IMG/VR virus record: IMGVR_UViG_3300036859_001054
Span: 1 to 50,049 of that record
Direction: 5' to 3' (one strand)
Length of the DNA stretch: 50,049 bases
DNA from: a virus
Lineage: Duplodnaviria; Caudoviricetes
In this document: positions 36,004-44,989 of the stretch, in pieces
Layout of the letters: each line of letters starts with the position of its first letter
How positions within the stretch are numbered: position 1 is the stretch's first letter
Notes under the pieces: model-generated
The model's database searches: none
What the model saw: only the letters and a program-made list of their open reading frames with translations
Told to the model about the DNA's origin: nothing
Translations under genes and position numbers: made by a program

Positions 36004-37196
36004 GTGGCCACCGCCTGCACGCCGGTGCCCTTGCACGCAGGGCACTTGCCCCAGCGCTTCTGGTCCTCGCCTGGAAGAAATTCATCCGCCTCCACGTTGC
36101 CGATCCCCTTGCAGCGCGGACACGGAGGCCCGGTGGGCTTCTTCGATGCGGGCTCAGCCGGCTGGACCGTGCGGCCGTTGCGGAGGGCCTTCATGATGGC
36201 GAAGAAGTCCGATCTCGGATTCGCGCGCGCGGCCGCCCGCAACCACTGGTGGCTCACGCCCTGGCGCCGGAGGTCCTCGAGCGCGGACTGCTTCGCCTCG
36301 GGCCCGGGCATCTTGAAGCGCTGGAAGGCCGCCAGGGTGATGGCGAGCTCCTCGGATTCCAGCTTCTCGCCTGTTCTTGCAGGGGCCTCCGAGGGGGGCG
36401 ACGTCGATCGAGATCCGGATCCTGCGCCGTCGGAGCCCTGCGGATCGGGGGCTTGACCCCCCTTGGGTTCCTGCTCGGTCCCTGAAATGTCCCTGGGCGG
36501 GCGCTCTTCCTCCCTCTTAGGAAGGGTAGGGGAAGGGGAAGGGAAGGGAACGGCGGGACCGTCCCGCTTGTCCCGCGGGACAGCGTGCGTAAGTCCATGG
36601 CCGCCAGTGGAGCTTGCGGGGATTTGCGGTTTTGTTCCGTCCGAAACCCGGTGAAAACCCGGTGAATCCCCGCGTTTTCCCGGCGAATCCCCGGTGGAAG
36701 CCCGGCGTCCACCCGCGGTTGAACCTTCCGGGGCTTTTGAAGGTTCAAGTTCCAGTTGACCCGCCTCGAGGGCCTTTCGGGCCGCCTCTTCGGCCTCCTG
36801 CCGGCGCTTCTCGGCGGCGCGGCGGCGCTGCTCGCGCTTGCGATCGCGCTCGTAGATGCGCTCCGCGATGATGTCGCCCTGGTGCTCGTGCCAGTCGTGG
36901 ACGACGTAGGTCCGTCCGTCCGGATCCATGTCGAGGAAGCCCACCTTGAGGAGCGCATGGACGAACTTCTTCGGGTTGCCGCTCCAGAGCGCCGCGGTGG
37001 CCACCATGTCGGCGGTCCACTTCACCAGGCGCCCCTCGTCGGTGCGCGTCATCGTCCGGCACCAGAGCGCGTTGACGTGCCCGAACGCGGCCGCCAGGGC
37101 GCAGCTCTTCGCGACCTTCTGCTTCGCATAGAGCAGCTCCGCGAGCTTCCGGAACTTCCAGTGGTCCGGCGCCGCCGGGTCGAGCATCACCTTCAT
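36000..37196 (-). CDS. Replication initiator / replisome organiser
   Basis: DHWKFRKL, LLKVGFLD, VHDWHEHQ, RDRKREQR; low-complexity iteron-bearing linker; C-terminal CxxCxGxG x2. Confidence 0.8.
   Translation of the reverse strand: MKVMLDPAAPDHWKFRKLAELLYAKQKVAKSCALAAAFGHVNALWCRTMTRTDEGRLVKWTADMVATAALWSGNPKKFVHALLKVGFLDMDPDGRTYVVHDWHEHQGDIIAERIYERDRKREQRRRAAEKRRQEAEEAARKALEAGQLELEPSKAPEGSTAGGRRASTGDSPGKRGDSPGFHRVSDGTKPQIPASSTGGHGLTHAVPRDKRDGPAVPFPSPSPTLPKREEERPPRDISGTEQEPKGGQAPDPQGSDGAGSGSRSTSPPSEAPARTGEKLESEELAITLAAFQRFKMPGPEAKQSALEDLRRQGVSHQWLRAAARANPRSDFFAIMKALRNGRTVQPAEPASKKPTGPPCPRCKGIGNVEADEFLPGEDQKRWGKCPACKGTGVQAVAT
36643..36717. repeat. Helically phased iteron-like repeats (putative origin)
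   Basis: About 7 degenerate 10-11-bp units with consensus GAA(A/T)CCCGG(T/C). Confidence 0.65.
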
Positions 37197-37203
37197 GGCG
37201 TTG

Positions 37204-37698
37204 TCATCTCGTGCTCAGGTGGTAGATCGCAATGGCGGCCGCATCTGCGGCGTCGAGCGGGGGATCCTCGCGCAGGCCGAGAAGGGCCTTGACCACGGCC
37301 GCGACCCGCAGCTTGTCCGCGCCGCCATGGCCCGTGATCATCTTCCAGACCTGCGGCGAGTACTCGTGGAAGGAGAGCGCCGCGGCCCCGATAAGCCCGA
37401 GCGCCAGACCGCGCGCGCCGGCGATCCCCAGGGTCGCCATGTGGTTTTTGTTGCAGAACGGCCGCTCGACGGCCGCTTCGGCCCCCAAGTCGTGCGCGCG
37501 GTCCACGATCGGGGCGAGCTCGGTCAGGAGCTGCCCAAGGCGCCGATGGAGCGGCATCTTCTCGGGCAGGACGATGGTCCCGAGGCCGAGCGGCTTGAAC
37601 CGCCCAGCCCCGAGATCCCCGCCGCCCTCGACCAGGGCCCAGCCGCAGAAGTTGGTCCCCGGGTCGATGCCCAGCGCGTGGCGCGTCCTGCTTCCCAT
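37204..37698 (-). CDS. ruvC: Holliday junction resolvase RuvC
   Basis: LGIDPG, AVERPF, TGHGGADK, DAADAAAIA. Confidence 0.95.
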   Translation of the reverse strand: MGSRTRHALGIDPGTNFCGWALVEGGGDLGAGRFKPLGLGTIVLPEKMPLHRRLGQLLTELAPIVDRAHDLGAEAAVERPFCNKNHMATLGIAGARGLALGLIGAAALSFHEYSPQVWKMITGHGGADKLRVAAVVKALLGLREDPPLDAADAAAIAIYHLSTR

Positions 37699-37704
37699 GG
37701 ACCG

Positions 37705-38028
37705 CTACGCCGAGTCCCGCTTCTTCTCTTCGCGGGCGCCCTTGGAGCCGGCCTTCTTCACGCGGCGGCGCTTCCACTTCTTGGAGCCCTCCGACAGGTA
37801 CCACTCGTCGTTGCCGCTGCGCCGGACGCTGACGCCCTGCGCCTCGACAATCTCGACGCACCGATCGTTGAGTTCGCGCTCTTTCTTCTGCATCGTGTTC
37901 CGGTCCGCCCGGAGCTTCTTGAGCGCGTCTTGGGCCTCCTCGAGTTCGACCGCCCACTTAGGCTGCACGCCGGCGATCCGGCCCTGCTTCAGCTCCGGAT
38001 CCTTCTCGTCGTCCTTGCTTCCGCCCAT
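37705..38028 (-). CDS. Hypothetical protein
   Basis: AAGGAGG RBS. Confidence 0.7.
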   Translation of the reverse strand: MGGSKDDEKDPELKQGRIAGVQPKWAVELEEAQDALKKLRADRNTMQKKERELNDRCVEIVEAQGVSVRRSGNDEWYLSEGSKKWKRRRVKKAGSKGAREEKKRDSA

Positions 38029-38053
38029 CTCGGGCCTCCTTGGGTTGGGGTTC

Positions 38054-38239
38054 CTATTGCGGGATCACAGTGACCTTGCCCTTGTCGTCGACCCGGAAGA
38101 GCGCGGACACGCCATGCTCCTCGCGCAGGTGCCTCTGAAGCACGAACTCGATCTGCTCCATGCCCTGCGTCGTCTGGCCCGTCCAGTCGCAGAGGTTGCA
38201 CCAGACCTTGCCCGTCTCGTCGTTGCCGCCGTAGCTCAT
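38054..38239 (-). CDS. Small C2H2-type Zn-finger protein
   Basis: CNLC...HLREEH; ATGA overlap. Confidence 0.65.
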   Translation of the reverse strand: MSYGGNDETGKVWCNLCDWTGQTTQGMEQIEFVLQRHLREEHGVSALFRVDDKGKVTVIPQ

Positions 38240-38577
38240 TTCGTGTCCTTCTCAATGGCGCGCTCAAGAAGCCGCTCCATCGTGTCGCGGTCGACGTTGC
38301 CCATGCACCGGCCGAACTCCACGCCGCGGCAGAAGATCACGATGCACGGCAGCTCCAGGGCGCGGTACGCGGCCTGGGGCGTCGGGTTCTCGTCCACGTC
38401 GATGCGGACGAAGATGATCCGATCGTCCCAGTCCTCCGCGATGGCCTGGATCCGGTTGTGGACCACAAGGCAGCTCCACGTCCCCTCGCGGAACTCCACG
38501 AGGACCGGCGACGCGGCCGCCTCGAGCACCTTGTCGAGCATCTGGTCGGTCACCGTGGGTATGTGCATCGCCTTCAT
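38236..38577 (-). CDS. Thioredoxin-fold protein lacking CxxC
   Basis: VLVEF, IDVDENP, cis-Pro region LPCIVIF; active-site region reads GTWSC. Confidence 0.8.
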   Translation of the reverse strand: MKAMHIPTVTDQMLDKVLEAAASPVLVEFREGTWSCLVVHNRIQAIAEDWDDRIIFVRIDVDENPTPQAAYRALELPCIVIFCRGVEFGRCMGNVDRDTMERLLERAIEKDTK

Positions 38578-38759
38578 CGGAACTCGTTGGCTTTCGGGCA
38601 ATCGGCGAAGTGGTTCACGCCCTCCTCGGTGTAGGGTGCGCGCTTGCCGTTCTTCGTGATGAGCCACCAGATCTTCTTCCCGCAGCCGCGGCACTGGCCC
38701 TCCTGCCCGACGGCTTTCAGCAGGTCCTTGATCCGCTCCTCGGGGGGTTTCAGGGGCAT
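38574..38759 (-). CDS. Small Zn-binding protein
   Basis: CRGCGKKIWW...HFADCP. Confidence 0.75.
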   Translation of the reverse strand: MPLKPPEERIKDLLKAVGQEGQCRGCGKKIWWLITKNGKRAPYTEEGVNHFADCPKANEFR

Positions 38760-39256
38760 CACTTCCACCTTTCCAGCTTGGTCTTCGAATGGACGTAGAG
38801 CGGGTGGCGTGGCGAGCCATCCTTCGTCTTGCCGAGGCACCACAGCGGCTTGTTGGCGATGGCCGGGTAGCACTGGAGTTGCCCGACGAGAGCATCAGCC
38901 CACTTGCGCATGCAGCCGTCGAGCACTCCCCACGCGGCGATCACGATCTGCGACTCCGCAATCGCGCCGACGACGTATTTCTCACCCGCCTCGGGGAACA
39001 TCAGGTCGTGATCGTGATGGGGCAGCTTGCGCGGGTCGGTCGAGATGAACGGAGAGATGTTGACGAGGATCATCCGGCCGTAACCGAACGACTCGGTGAA
39101 GCTGATGATGCGCGTGCAGGTCGGGTCGTCGTAGTCCTTGCCGGCGACCGATGGATTGGCCCCGATCCAGCACGCCGTCCCCTTCTCGGGAGCCCATGAG
39201 CGGGACAGTCGCCACCGATGGACATGGCCCTGGCTGAAGACAGCGTCGCGGATCAT
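38759..39256 (-). CDS. DUF1643 family protein
   Basis: LSRSW, IGANPS, DDPT, IAAWG, GSPRHPLY. Confidence 0.9.
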   Translation of the reverse strand: MIRDAVFSQGHVHRWRLSRSWAPEKGTACWIGANPSVAGKDYDDPTCTRIISFTESFGYGRMILVNISPFISTDPRKLPHHDHDLMFPEAGEKYVVGAIAESQIVIAAWGVLDGCMRKWADALVGQLQCYPAIANKPLWCLGKTKDGSPRHPLYVHSKTKLERWK

Positions 39257-39669
39257 GGGCGGGTGCCCTCCGGCTCTCGACGGTCGATGAAATGCTCCGG
39301 TACGCTGACCTTCCATTCGCCGTGGGGATGACACTCGGGTGAATGGTCGAAGGAAACGACGGCGAGCTTGGAGATCGGCATGCGCGTCCGCTCTGTGACG
39401 TAGCCGAAGCAGACCATCCGGATCCGGCAGACGCCGTGATGTTCGGGCTGGACGACCTGAGAAGTTCCCTGGTAGCCGAATCCCTTGATGCAGGTGTCGC
39501 AGAAGACCGCGATCGCGCCGTCGGGAGGCAGCTTGCACACGACGCACCCCCAGCCGGTTCCGGCGATTGGGGCCTTGAGGTGCAGCTGGGTCACGTTTCG
39601 GACATTCGCTCCCTCGCGCCTGGTCAGGCCGCAGCAGCAGCACGCCCCGAAGTCGTCAACGGGCGTCAT
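39253..39669 (-). CDS. Cys-rich hypothetical protein
   Basis: GACCCCG, GWGCVVC, CDTC; ATGA overlap. Confidence 0.7.
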   Translation of the reverse strand: MTPVDDFGACCCCGLTRREGANVRNVTQLHLKAPIAGTGWGCVVCKLPPDGAIAVFCDTCIKGFGYQGTSQVVQPEHHGVCRIRMVCFGYVTERTRMPISKLAVVSFDHSPECHPHGEWKVSVPEHFIDRREPEGTRP

Positions 39670-40214
39670 CCTGGTCCTCCCGCCAGCCGCCGGCGCAGAG
39701 TGTGAATTGCTCGCGCGTGCAGTTGGCAAACGCGCGACTCCGACAGCCCCATCAGCTGGCCGATCTGCTTCAGGGTGTAGTTGCCGCGGTAGTAGTGGTC
39801 GAGGACCTCCACCTGCTTCGCGGTGAGGATCTCGCGCAGGCGCCGCCAGAGGTCCCGGTCGCCGGCGATCCGGACCGGATCCTCGCGGCGGTCGACCGCC
39901 TCGGGAAACTCGTGCGGGTAGCGGAGATCCGGCGCGAAGCCACTCATGGACTGCATCCCGATCGCCGGTTCCTTCCGGCTCCGCACCAGGCGTGGGACCC
40001 AGTCGAGCTCGCGCAGCTCGTCGAGCACGTGGCCGCGCATCCGGTGCGGGGCGTAGGTCGAGAAGCTGACCCCGCGCTTCGGGTCGAAGCGCCGGATGGC
40101 GTCGACGAGGCCGAGCGCCGCGGTCGACCGCACGTCGTCCGTGTCCACGTGGTTCGGCAATCTGTCTTTCATCCGGTCCGCCAGGTACGTGACCATTCCC
40201 CACCGCTCCCGCAA
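39666..40214 (-). CDS. FliA/WhiG-like sigma factor lacking region 3 (start uncertain)
   Basis: GLVDAIRRFDPKRGVSFSTYA, DELRELDWVPRLVRS, TLKQIG...SESRVCQLH. Confidence 0.9.
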   Translation of the reverse strand: MRERWGMVTYLADRMKDRLPNHVDTDDVRSTAALGLVDAIRRFDPKRGVSFSTYAPHRMRGHVLDELRELDWVPRLVRSRKEPAIGMQSMSGFAPDLRYPHEFPEAVDRREDPVRIAGDRDLWRRLREILTAKQVEVLDHYYRGNYTLKQIGQLMGLSESRVCQLHARAIHTLRRRLAGGPG

Positions 40215-40254
40215 GATCCGCTCCTCGCGGATCCGCTGCTCGACCCAGCCCAGG

Positions 40255-40623
40255 TCAAAACGTCTCCACTTCGGAGGCCACCTCCTCGAGGCGCGCGGCC
40301 TGCTTGAGCTGCTTCTCCGCGACCGCGGTGATCCGCTCCGCGCTCTCCCTGAGGAGCCGGACGCGCAGGCGGATCTGCTGGATCAGCTCGGTCCCATCCT
40401 GGCCGGCCTCGGGGTCCACCCGGCGGGCCCGCCTCGAGTTATCGCGCGGCTTCCGCGGTCCGCCGCGCCTCGGGGCCCGCGTCGGCTTCTCGCTCTTCGG
40501 GGTTCCGTCGCAGTGCTTCTCGTGCTTGCCTCGGGGCCCGGCGGCGCCGCCCAACTGGCGGCCGCATCCGCGCCGGCAGGGGCCGGCCTCGCTGAGCGGG
40601 GGCAGGGGTTCGTTCTTGGCCAC
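40255..40623 (-). CDS. Zn-finger / coiled-coil protein (may start at 40881)
   Basis: GAGGAG RBS before GTG; PCRRGCGR...HEKHC. Confidence 0.65.
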   Translation of the reverse strand: MAKNEPLPPLSEAGPCRRGCGRQLGGAAGPRGKHEKHCDGTPKSEKPTRAPRRGGPRKPRDNSRRARRVDPEAGQDGTELIQQIRLRVRLLRESAERITAVAEKQLKQAARLEEVASEVETF

Positions 40624-41156
40624 GTTCGTCTCCTCTCTCTCGGGTTCGGGTACGGGTTTCGGATCAGGCCGTTGAGCGTCGCCATCGGTCGGCGGTCGCG
40701 CATCGGGTATGCAATGGGGGGGGGTGACCCCTCCCGGACTTCGGACGGCCGATGTGGCGAAGCGGTAGAGGCAGCGGTTGGTGGTGCACTGCCAGACGAA
40801 GAGGACGCCGTCGCGGCCGCAGGCGTCGGAGGGGCCCCAGCACTCGGGGCAGGGCGGGCTCTTTGGAATCCCCTCTCCCATGAGTCGCTCTCCTTGGTGC
40901 GCGGAATCGGCGCGGATCCGTCGCAGTTCTGCTCGTGGCTGCCGCTCGACAGTTTTCCCCTGAAGTGGCGCCCGCATCCCTTCGCGCAGGGTCGGGTCAG
41001 CGCCTGGCCGTGCTTGCCGAACCGCGGCCGTCCGACCGGGGCGTGCCGCTCGATGTGAGGGCCGAGCTCCTCGGGAGACTTGAACTTGTCCGGACACTCC
41101 GGGCAGTTGAAGACTCGATCTCTGACTTCGGGCCACTTTGCCCCCTCACTCGCCAC
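40383..41156 (-). CDS. C2H2 + CCHC Zn-finger protein (3' half doubtful)
   Basis: CPEC...HIERH and PCAKGCGR...HEQNC in the first ~90 aa; GGAGG RBS. Confidence 0.55.
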   Translation of the reverse strand: MASEGAKWPEVRDRVFNCPECPDKFKSPEELGPHIERHAPVGRPRFGKHGQALTRPCAKGCGRHFRGKLSSGSHEQNCDGSAPIPRTKESDSWERGFQRARPAPSAGAPPTPAAATASSSSGSAPPTAASTASPHRPSEVREGSPPPIAYPMRDRRPMATLNGLIRNPYPNPRERRRTWPRTNPCPRSARPAPAGADAAASWAAPPGPEASTRSTATEPRRARSRRGPRGAADRGSRAITRGGPAGWTPRPARMGPS

Positions 41157-41199
41157 CGTTCCCCCCTCCGCTCCGCTGCAATCGACTGCAGCCGGTGGT

Positions 41200-42951
41200 T
41201 TACTTCTTGGTCTTCTTCGCCAGCTTGGCCTTGAGCTTGTCGGCCTTCGTGTAGTCCGCGTCGGTGGCGCACTTCGAGCAGATCCCGCAGTTGGTCGCGC
41301 GATCGAGGAGGATCCAACTGCACCCGCCGGGGCAGGCGTTCAGCTCGGTGCATTTGCAGCGGCCGCACGTCGGTTCGGGGAAGGCCTTGCCGGCGTCGGC
41401 GGCCTCCCAAGCGGCCTTCAGCTGCTTCTTGATCTTGTCGACGGGGACCTTCCATCGCTTGCACGCGTCGAGGACCAGCTTCTCGTCGGGCGAGTCGTAG
41501 TCGGCCAGGAGCGTGCACCGGAGGTACCGGATGAGGTCCTTCTCCTTCAGCTTGAGGATGTGCTTGTCGTGCTGGCCGTAGCCCTCGGCCCACGGGAAGA
41601 TCCGCGCCAGATCCTGGGGCTGATCTCCGCGCGACGCGTAGATGGCCAGCTGCTGGAGGTCCTCGAGTTCGAGCTTGGGCGGGCCGGCGTCGACGGCCGC
41701 GATGTAGAGCGCGGTGAGGAGCTCACCATCCCGCTTCTGCTTGAGCGCCGCAGCCTCGGCGGTCTTCTTCTCCTTCTCGATCTGCGCCTGGGTCTTGGGC
41801 TTGGCCGGCGAGGATCCGCTGTAGTCGCGATAGGTCGGCTTGGGATTGTGGACGCTGCAGGACGCCGCGGTGCAGATCTCGATGATCTTCCCGCGGCTCG
41901 CGCCCTCGAACATGATCCCCAGGCCCGCGTTCCGGCACTTCTTCTTCCCGATTCGATGCCATTCGCCCAGTCGCTTCACCCCGGCGCGGCCCTCGACCGG
42001 CGCCAGCCGCCAGTTGTACTGCTCCTCGGAGATCACGACGACCTTGTCGTCCTGGGCCTTCAGCTCCTTGATCTTCAGGTCGATCCAGGCGTTGAACTTG
42101 TCCTTGAAGCAGGCGCGGTCCGTGCAGACCGTGTCCTTCTGGATCTCGGGGAAAAGGCCGGGGCTGTTGCCGGTCCGTTTCGGGCAGGTCGCGCAAGGGC
42201 CGGCCTTCGGGACGAGGTCGGCGTCCGCCATGTCCCAGGGCATCTTCGCGAGGTCGGTGTGGATCTCGCCCTCGATCCAGTTCGACAGATCCCGGACGGT
42301 GATGAGCGTCTTGGCGGCCGACTTCTTGTGGCCCCAGTCCTCGGGATCTCCGTCGGCGACGTCGACCTCGTGGACGCAGCGGCCGAGCGCGGCCTTCTGA
42401 TCGTCGGGGACCAGGCGCGCGATCAGGACGGCGTGGCCGGCCGTGATCCGATCCTCCAGAAACGCCTTCTTCGCCGGATCGATCAACTCCGCGAGCTTGA
42501 GGCGCTGGTAGATGTACGAGCTGGACTTCCCGACCTTCGCCGCCAGCCCGTCGACGTCGTACCTGCCCGTCGTGAGGAGCGACTGGTAGCCCTCGCCTTC
42601 CTCGAGCGGGTGCACGTCCTGGCGCTGCAGGTTCTCAATCACCTGCGCTTCAAGCGCCTGGTCGTCGCTCAGCTCCCGCACCAGGACCGGGATCTCGGAG
42701 AGCCCCGCCTTCTTCGCGGCGCGGTACCGGCGCGCCCCGGCGACGATCTCGAAGTGGCCGTCGACCGGCCGCACGAGCGGCGGGACGATGATGCCCTTCT
42801 CCTTCACGCTCTTCGCCAGGTCCTCGAGGGCCTGCGCGTTGAACGTCTTCCGCGGATTCGTCTTCGACTCCCGAATCTTCTCGAGCGGGAGGATCTTGTA
42901 CGCCTGGTCCTTCGCCTCGAGGATGCCCGTGTCTGCCGTGCCCGTCGTCAT
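41200..42951 (-). CDS. ParB/Spo0J-family protein (PRTRC ParB-like) with C-terminal Cys cluster
   Basis: NPRK.F, IVAGARRYRA, IENLQRQDVHPLEE, HTH, CATCPKRTG. Confidence 0.92.
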   Translation of the reverse strand: MTTGTADTGILEAKDQAYKILPLEKIRESKTNPRKTFNAQALEDLAKSVKEKGIIVPPLVRPVDGHFEIVAGARRYRAAKKAGLSEIPVLVRELSDDQALEAQVIENLQRQDVHPLEEGEGYQSLLTTGRYDVDGLAAKVGKSSSYIYQRLKLAELIDPAKKAFLEDRITAGHAVLIARLVPDDQKAALGRCVHEVDVADGDPEDWGHKKSAAKTLITVRDLSNWIEGEIHTDLAKMPWDMADADLVPKAGPCATCPKRTGNSPGLFPEIQKDTVCTDRACFKDKFNAWIDLKIKELKAQDDKVVVISEEQYNWRLAPVEGRAGVKRLGEWHRIGKKKCRNAGLGIMFEGASRGKIIEICTAASCSVHNPKPTYRDYSGSSPAKPKTQAQIEKEKKTAEAAALKQKRDGELLTALYIAAVDAGPPKLELEDLQQLAIYASRGDQPQDLARIFPWAEGYGQHDKHILKLKEKDLIRYLRCTLLADYDSPDEKLVLDACKRWKVPVDKIKKQLKAAWEAADAGKAFPEPTCGRCKCTELNACPGGCSWILLDRATNCGICSKCATDADYTKADKLKAKLAKKTKK

Positions 42952-44726
42952 CGCCCGCCTCCTTGTCCGAAAATCCAGTCCGCGCAACGCACGCGGCCCT
43001 TGCCTGAGTAAGTCGCCATATCCGCCGTCTTGATGGACCCCACGTTCTTCTCGAACCCGCTCGACGCGACGGTCGTGTCGCCCAGGGGCGCGAGATCCTC
43101 TCGGCTCAGGTCCTCGGGGTAGGCTTTCGCCAGCGCCTGGACCAGCTTCGCCATCGGCACCGTGACGGCCGCGACGCACTTCTCGAGGATCTCCGGCGTG
43201 TCGAGCGCGGCGACGTCGCCGGCGAGGGCGCGGCCCTCGTCGGTGAGCCGGTAGCAGCTGGGCTCTCCGTACTCGAGGAGGCCCCGGACCCGGAGCGTCC
43301 CGACGTTCTTCTCGTAGCCGCTCGAGGCGTGGGTCGTGTCCGCGATCGGGGCGACCCACGTGCGGCGCAGCTGCGTGAAGCCGAGGCCTTCGAGCCGCTT
43401 CGCGGCCTGGAGGATCTTCAGTTGCGGCCGCGTGAGCTCGGAGCCGTTGCCCTCGTGGGTTGCCTCCGACGGCGCCGGCGGAACGATCCGCGGCCGCGGC
43501 GCGGGGATCGGGACGGGGCGGCGCTCGAGGACGTTGACGGTGGGGGTCTCGGTCCGCTTCGCGAGGGCCGTGGCGATCGACTTCGCGCTCTCCTTCGTGT
43601 GGAGCGCCGCGACACCCAGCGCGTCGGCCGCGGTGGTGAGGCGCACGACGGTCCGCTCGAGTGTGGCGCGGTCCTTCTGCGACAGGACCGGGACCTCGAC
43701 GATCTTCGGTTTTACGGGCTTGAGAAAGGCGGGCGTCGGGACGAGCGTGGGCACGGCCTTCGAGCGCTTCAGCTGGAGCTCGAGCTCGTGGATCCGCTGC
43801 AGGAGGAGCTTGGGGTCCTCGCGCTTGGCCTTCTCGACCGTCTCCGACATCAGGGCACGCAGTCGATCGAGGTCGACCGGCGCCAGGCGCTTGGGCTCGC
43901 GGAGGACCTCGCCGGGCTTCGGGGTCTTGCCGCTGTCGTAGGTCTCCCGCTCCCGGATCTTCACCTGGCGGAAGATTCCCTGCTGCGGCCAGCAGACCCA
44001 CACGGTGCCGCGCTTGAGGGACGGCAGGGACTGGAGCAGCTCCTGCAGCTGGTCCACCGTGATGTCCTTGCCCTCGGCCCAGTCGACGATCGCCTTCTTG
44101 TCGCGCTTGTCGGTGGTCTGCCCCGCGATCAGGATCCCCGCTTGGGAGAGTACGTTCTTGCTCACCGCGGCCGAGCGCTGGGAAAGGATCGTCCCGCCGA
44201 TCCCGTTGATGCGGCCGCGCTTGAAGATCCGCTCGACGGCGCCGAGGCAGCGGCGCTCTTCCGGCATGGGGTTCTGCGGGGCGAACTGGTCGCCCTCGTC
44301 GAGGAAGAGGTGGATCGGGGTCCGGTTCTTCCGGTAGAGCCGCGTCGTGAAGGCCTCGACGAACCGCGTCTCCTCCGCGTTCGACTCGAAGCTCTTGAGG
44401 CTCAGGACCGCGGAGATCCCCGTATCCACGATCGTGTCGGCCATGAGCTCCCCGCTGGTGGGGCTGAGCGGCACGTCGCCGTGGGGCCCGCCGAAGATGT
44501 AGACCTCGAAGCCGGCGCGCAGGCCGTCGGCCGACGATCGCAGCCCCCACCAGGCGTCCGTCAGGTCGATCACGCAGACCTGCTGCTTGTGCTTGAGCAG
44601 CTCCTCCGCGATGACGGATCCGGTGTAGCTCTTCCCCATCCCCGTCCGCGCGAGCGTGGCAATCTTCTCGCACAGGATGTCGAGCGACAAATTGAAGTCT
44701 TCGGAGATCCTCAGCTTCGCCGTCAT
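42948..44726 (-). CDS. HerA/FtsK-superfamily ATPase with tandem C-terminal wHTH-like repeats
   Basis: ARTGMGKS, LFLDEGDQFAP, RGR..G, SQR; duplicated DTT.ASSG(Y/F)EKNVG. Confidence 0.88.
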   Translation of the reverse strand: MTAKLRISEDFNLSLDILCEKIATLARTGMGKSYTGSVIAEELLKHKQQVCVIDLTDAWWGLRSSADGLRAGFEVYIFGGPHGDVPLSPTSGELMADTIVDTGISAVLSLKSFESNAEETRFVEAFTTRLYRKNRTPIHLFLDEGDQFAPQNPMPEERRCLGAVERIFKRGRINGIGGTILSQRSAAVSKNVLSQAGILIAGQTTDKRDKKAIVDWAEGKDITVDQLQELLQSLPSLKRGTVWVCWPQQGIFRQVKIRERETYDSGKTPKPGEVLREPKRLAPVDLDRLRALMSETVEKAKREDPKLLLQRIHELELQLKRSKAVPTLVPTPAFLKPVKPKIVEVPVLSQKDRATLERTVVRLTTAADALGVAALHTKESAKSIATALAKRTETPTVNVLERRPVPIPAPRPRIVPPAPSEATHEGNGSELTRPQLKILQAAKRLEGLGFTQLRRTWVAPIADTTHASSGYEKNVGTLRVRGLLEYGEPSCYRLTDEGRALAGDVAALDTPEILEKCVAAVTVPMAKLVQALAKAYPEDLSREDLAPLGDTTVASSGFEKNVGSIKTADMATYSGKGRVRCADWIFGQGGGR

Positions 44727-44989
44727 GCGGTCCTCCCGAAGAGCTCGCCCTGGGCCTTCTCGACGAGCGTGTAGCGATAGATCGCGGCGCCGCGGTCGGT
44801 CCGCTGCTCGAAGCGGCACTCGATGTGGAAGCCGTTGGCTCGCAGCTCGGCGATGATGGAGTTGACCGCGCAGACCTGGGCCGCCTCGATGATCTCCCGC
44901 GTCGTCGCCCCCTTCGAGCCGCGGGAGCGGAGGAGCTGGAGCACCCGCTTCAGGCGCTCGCTCTTCTCGACCTTCGCCGCGTGCATCAC
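44723..44989 (-). CDS. Winged-HTH protein
   Basis: ATTREII...AVNSIIAELRANG. Confidence 0.8.
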   Translation of the reverse strand: MMHAAKVEKSERLKRVLQLLRSRGSKGATTREIIEAAQVCAVNSIIAELRANGFHIECRFEQRTDRGAAIYRYTLVEKAQGELFGRTA

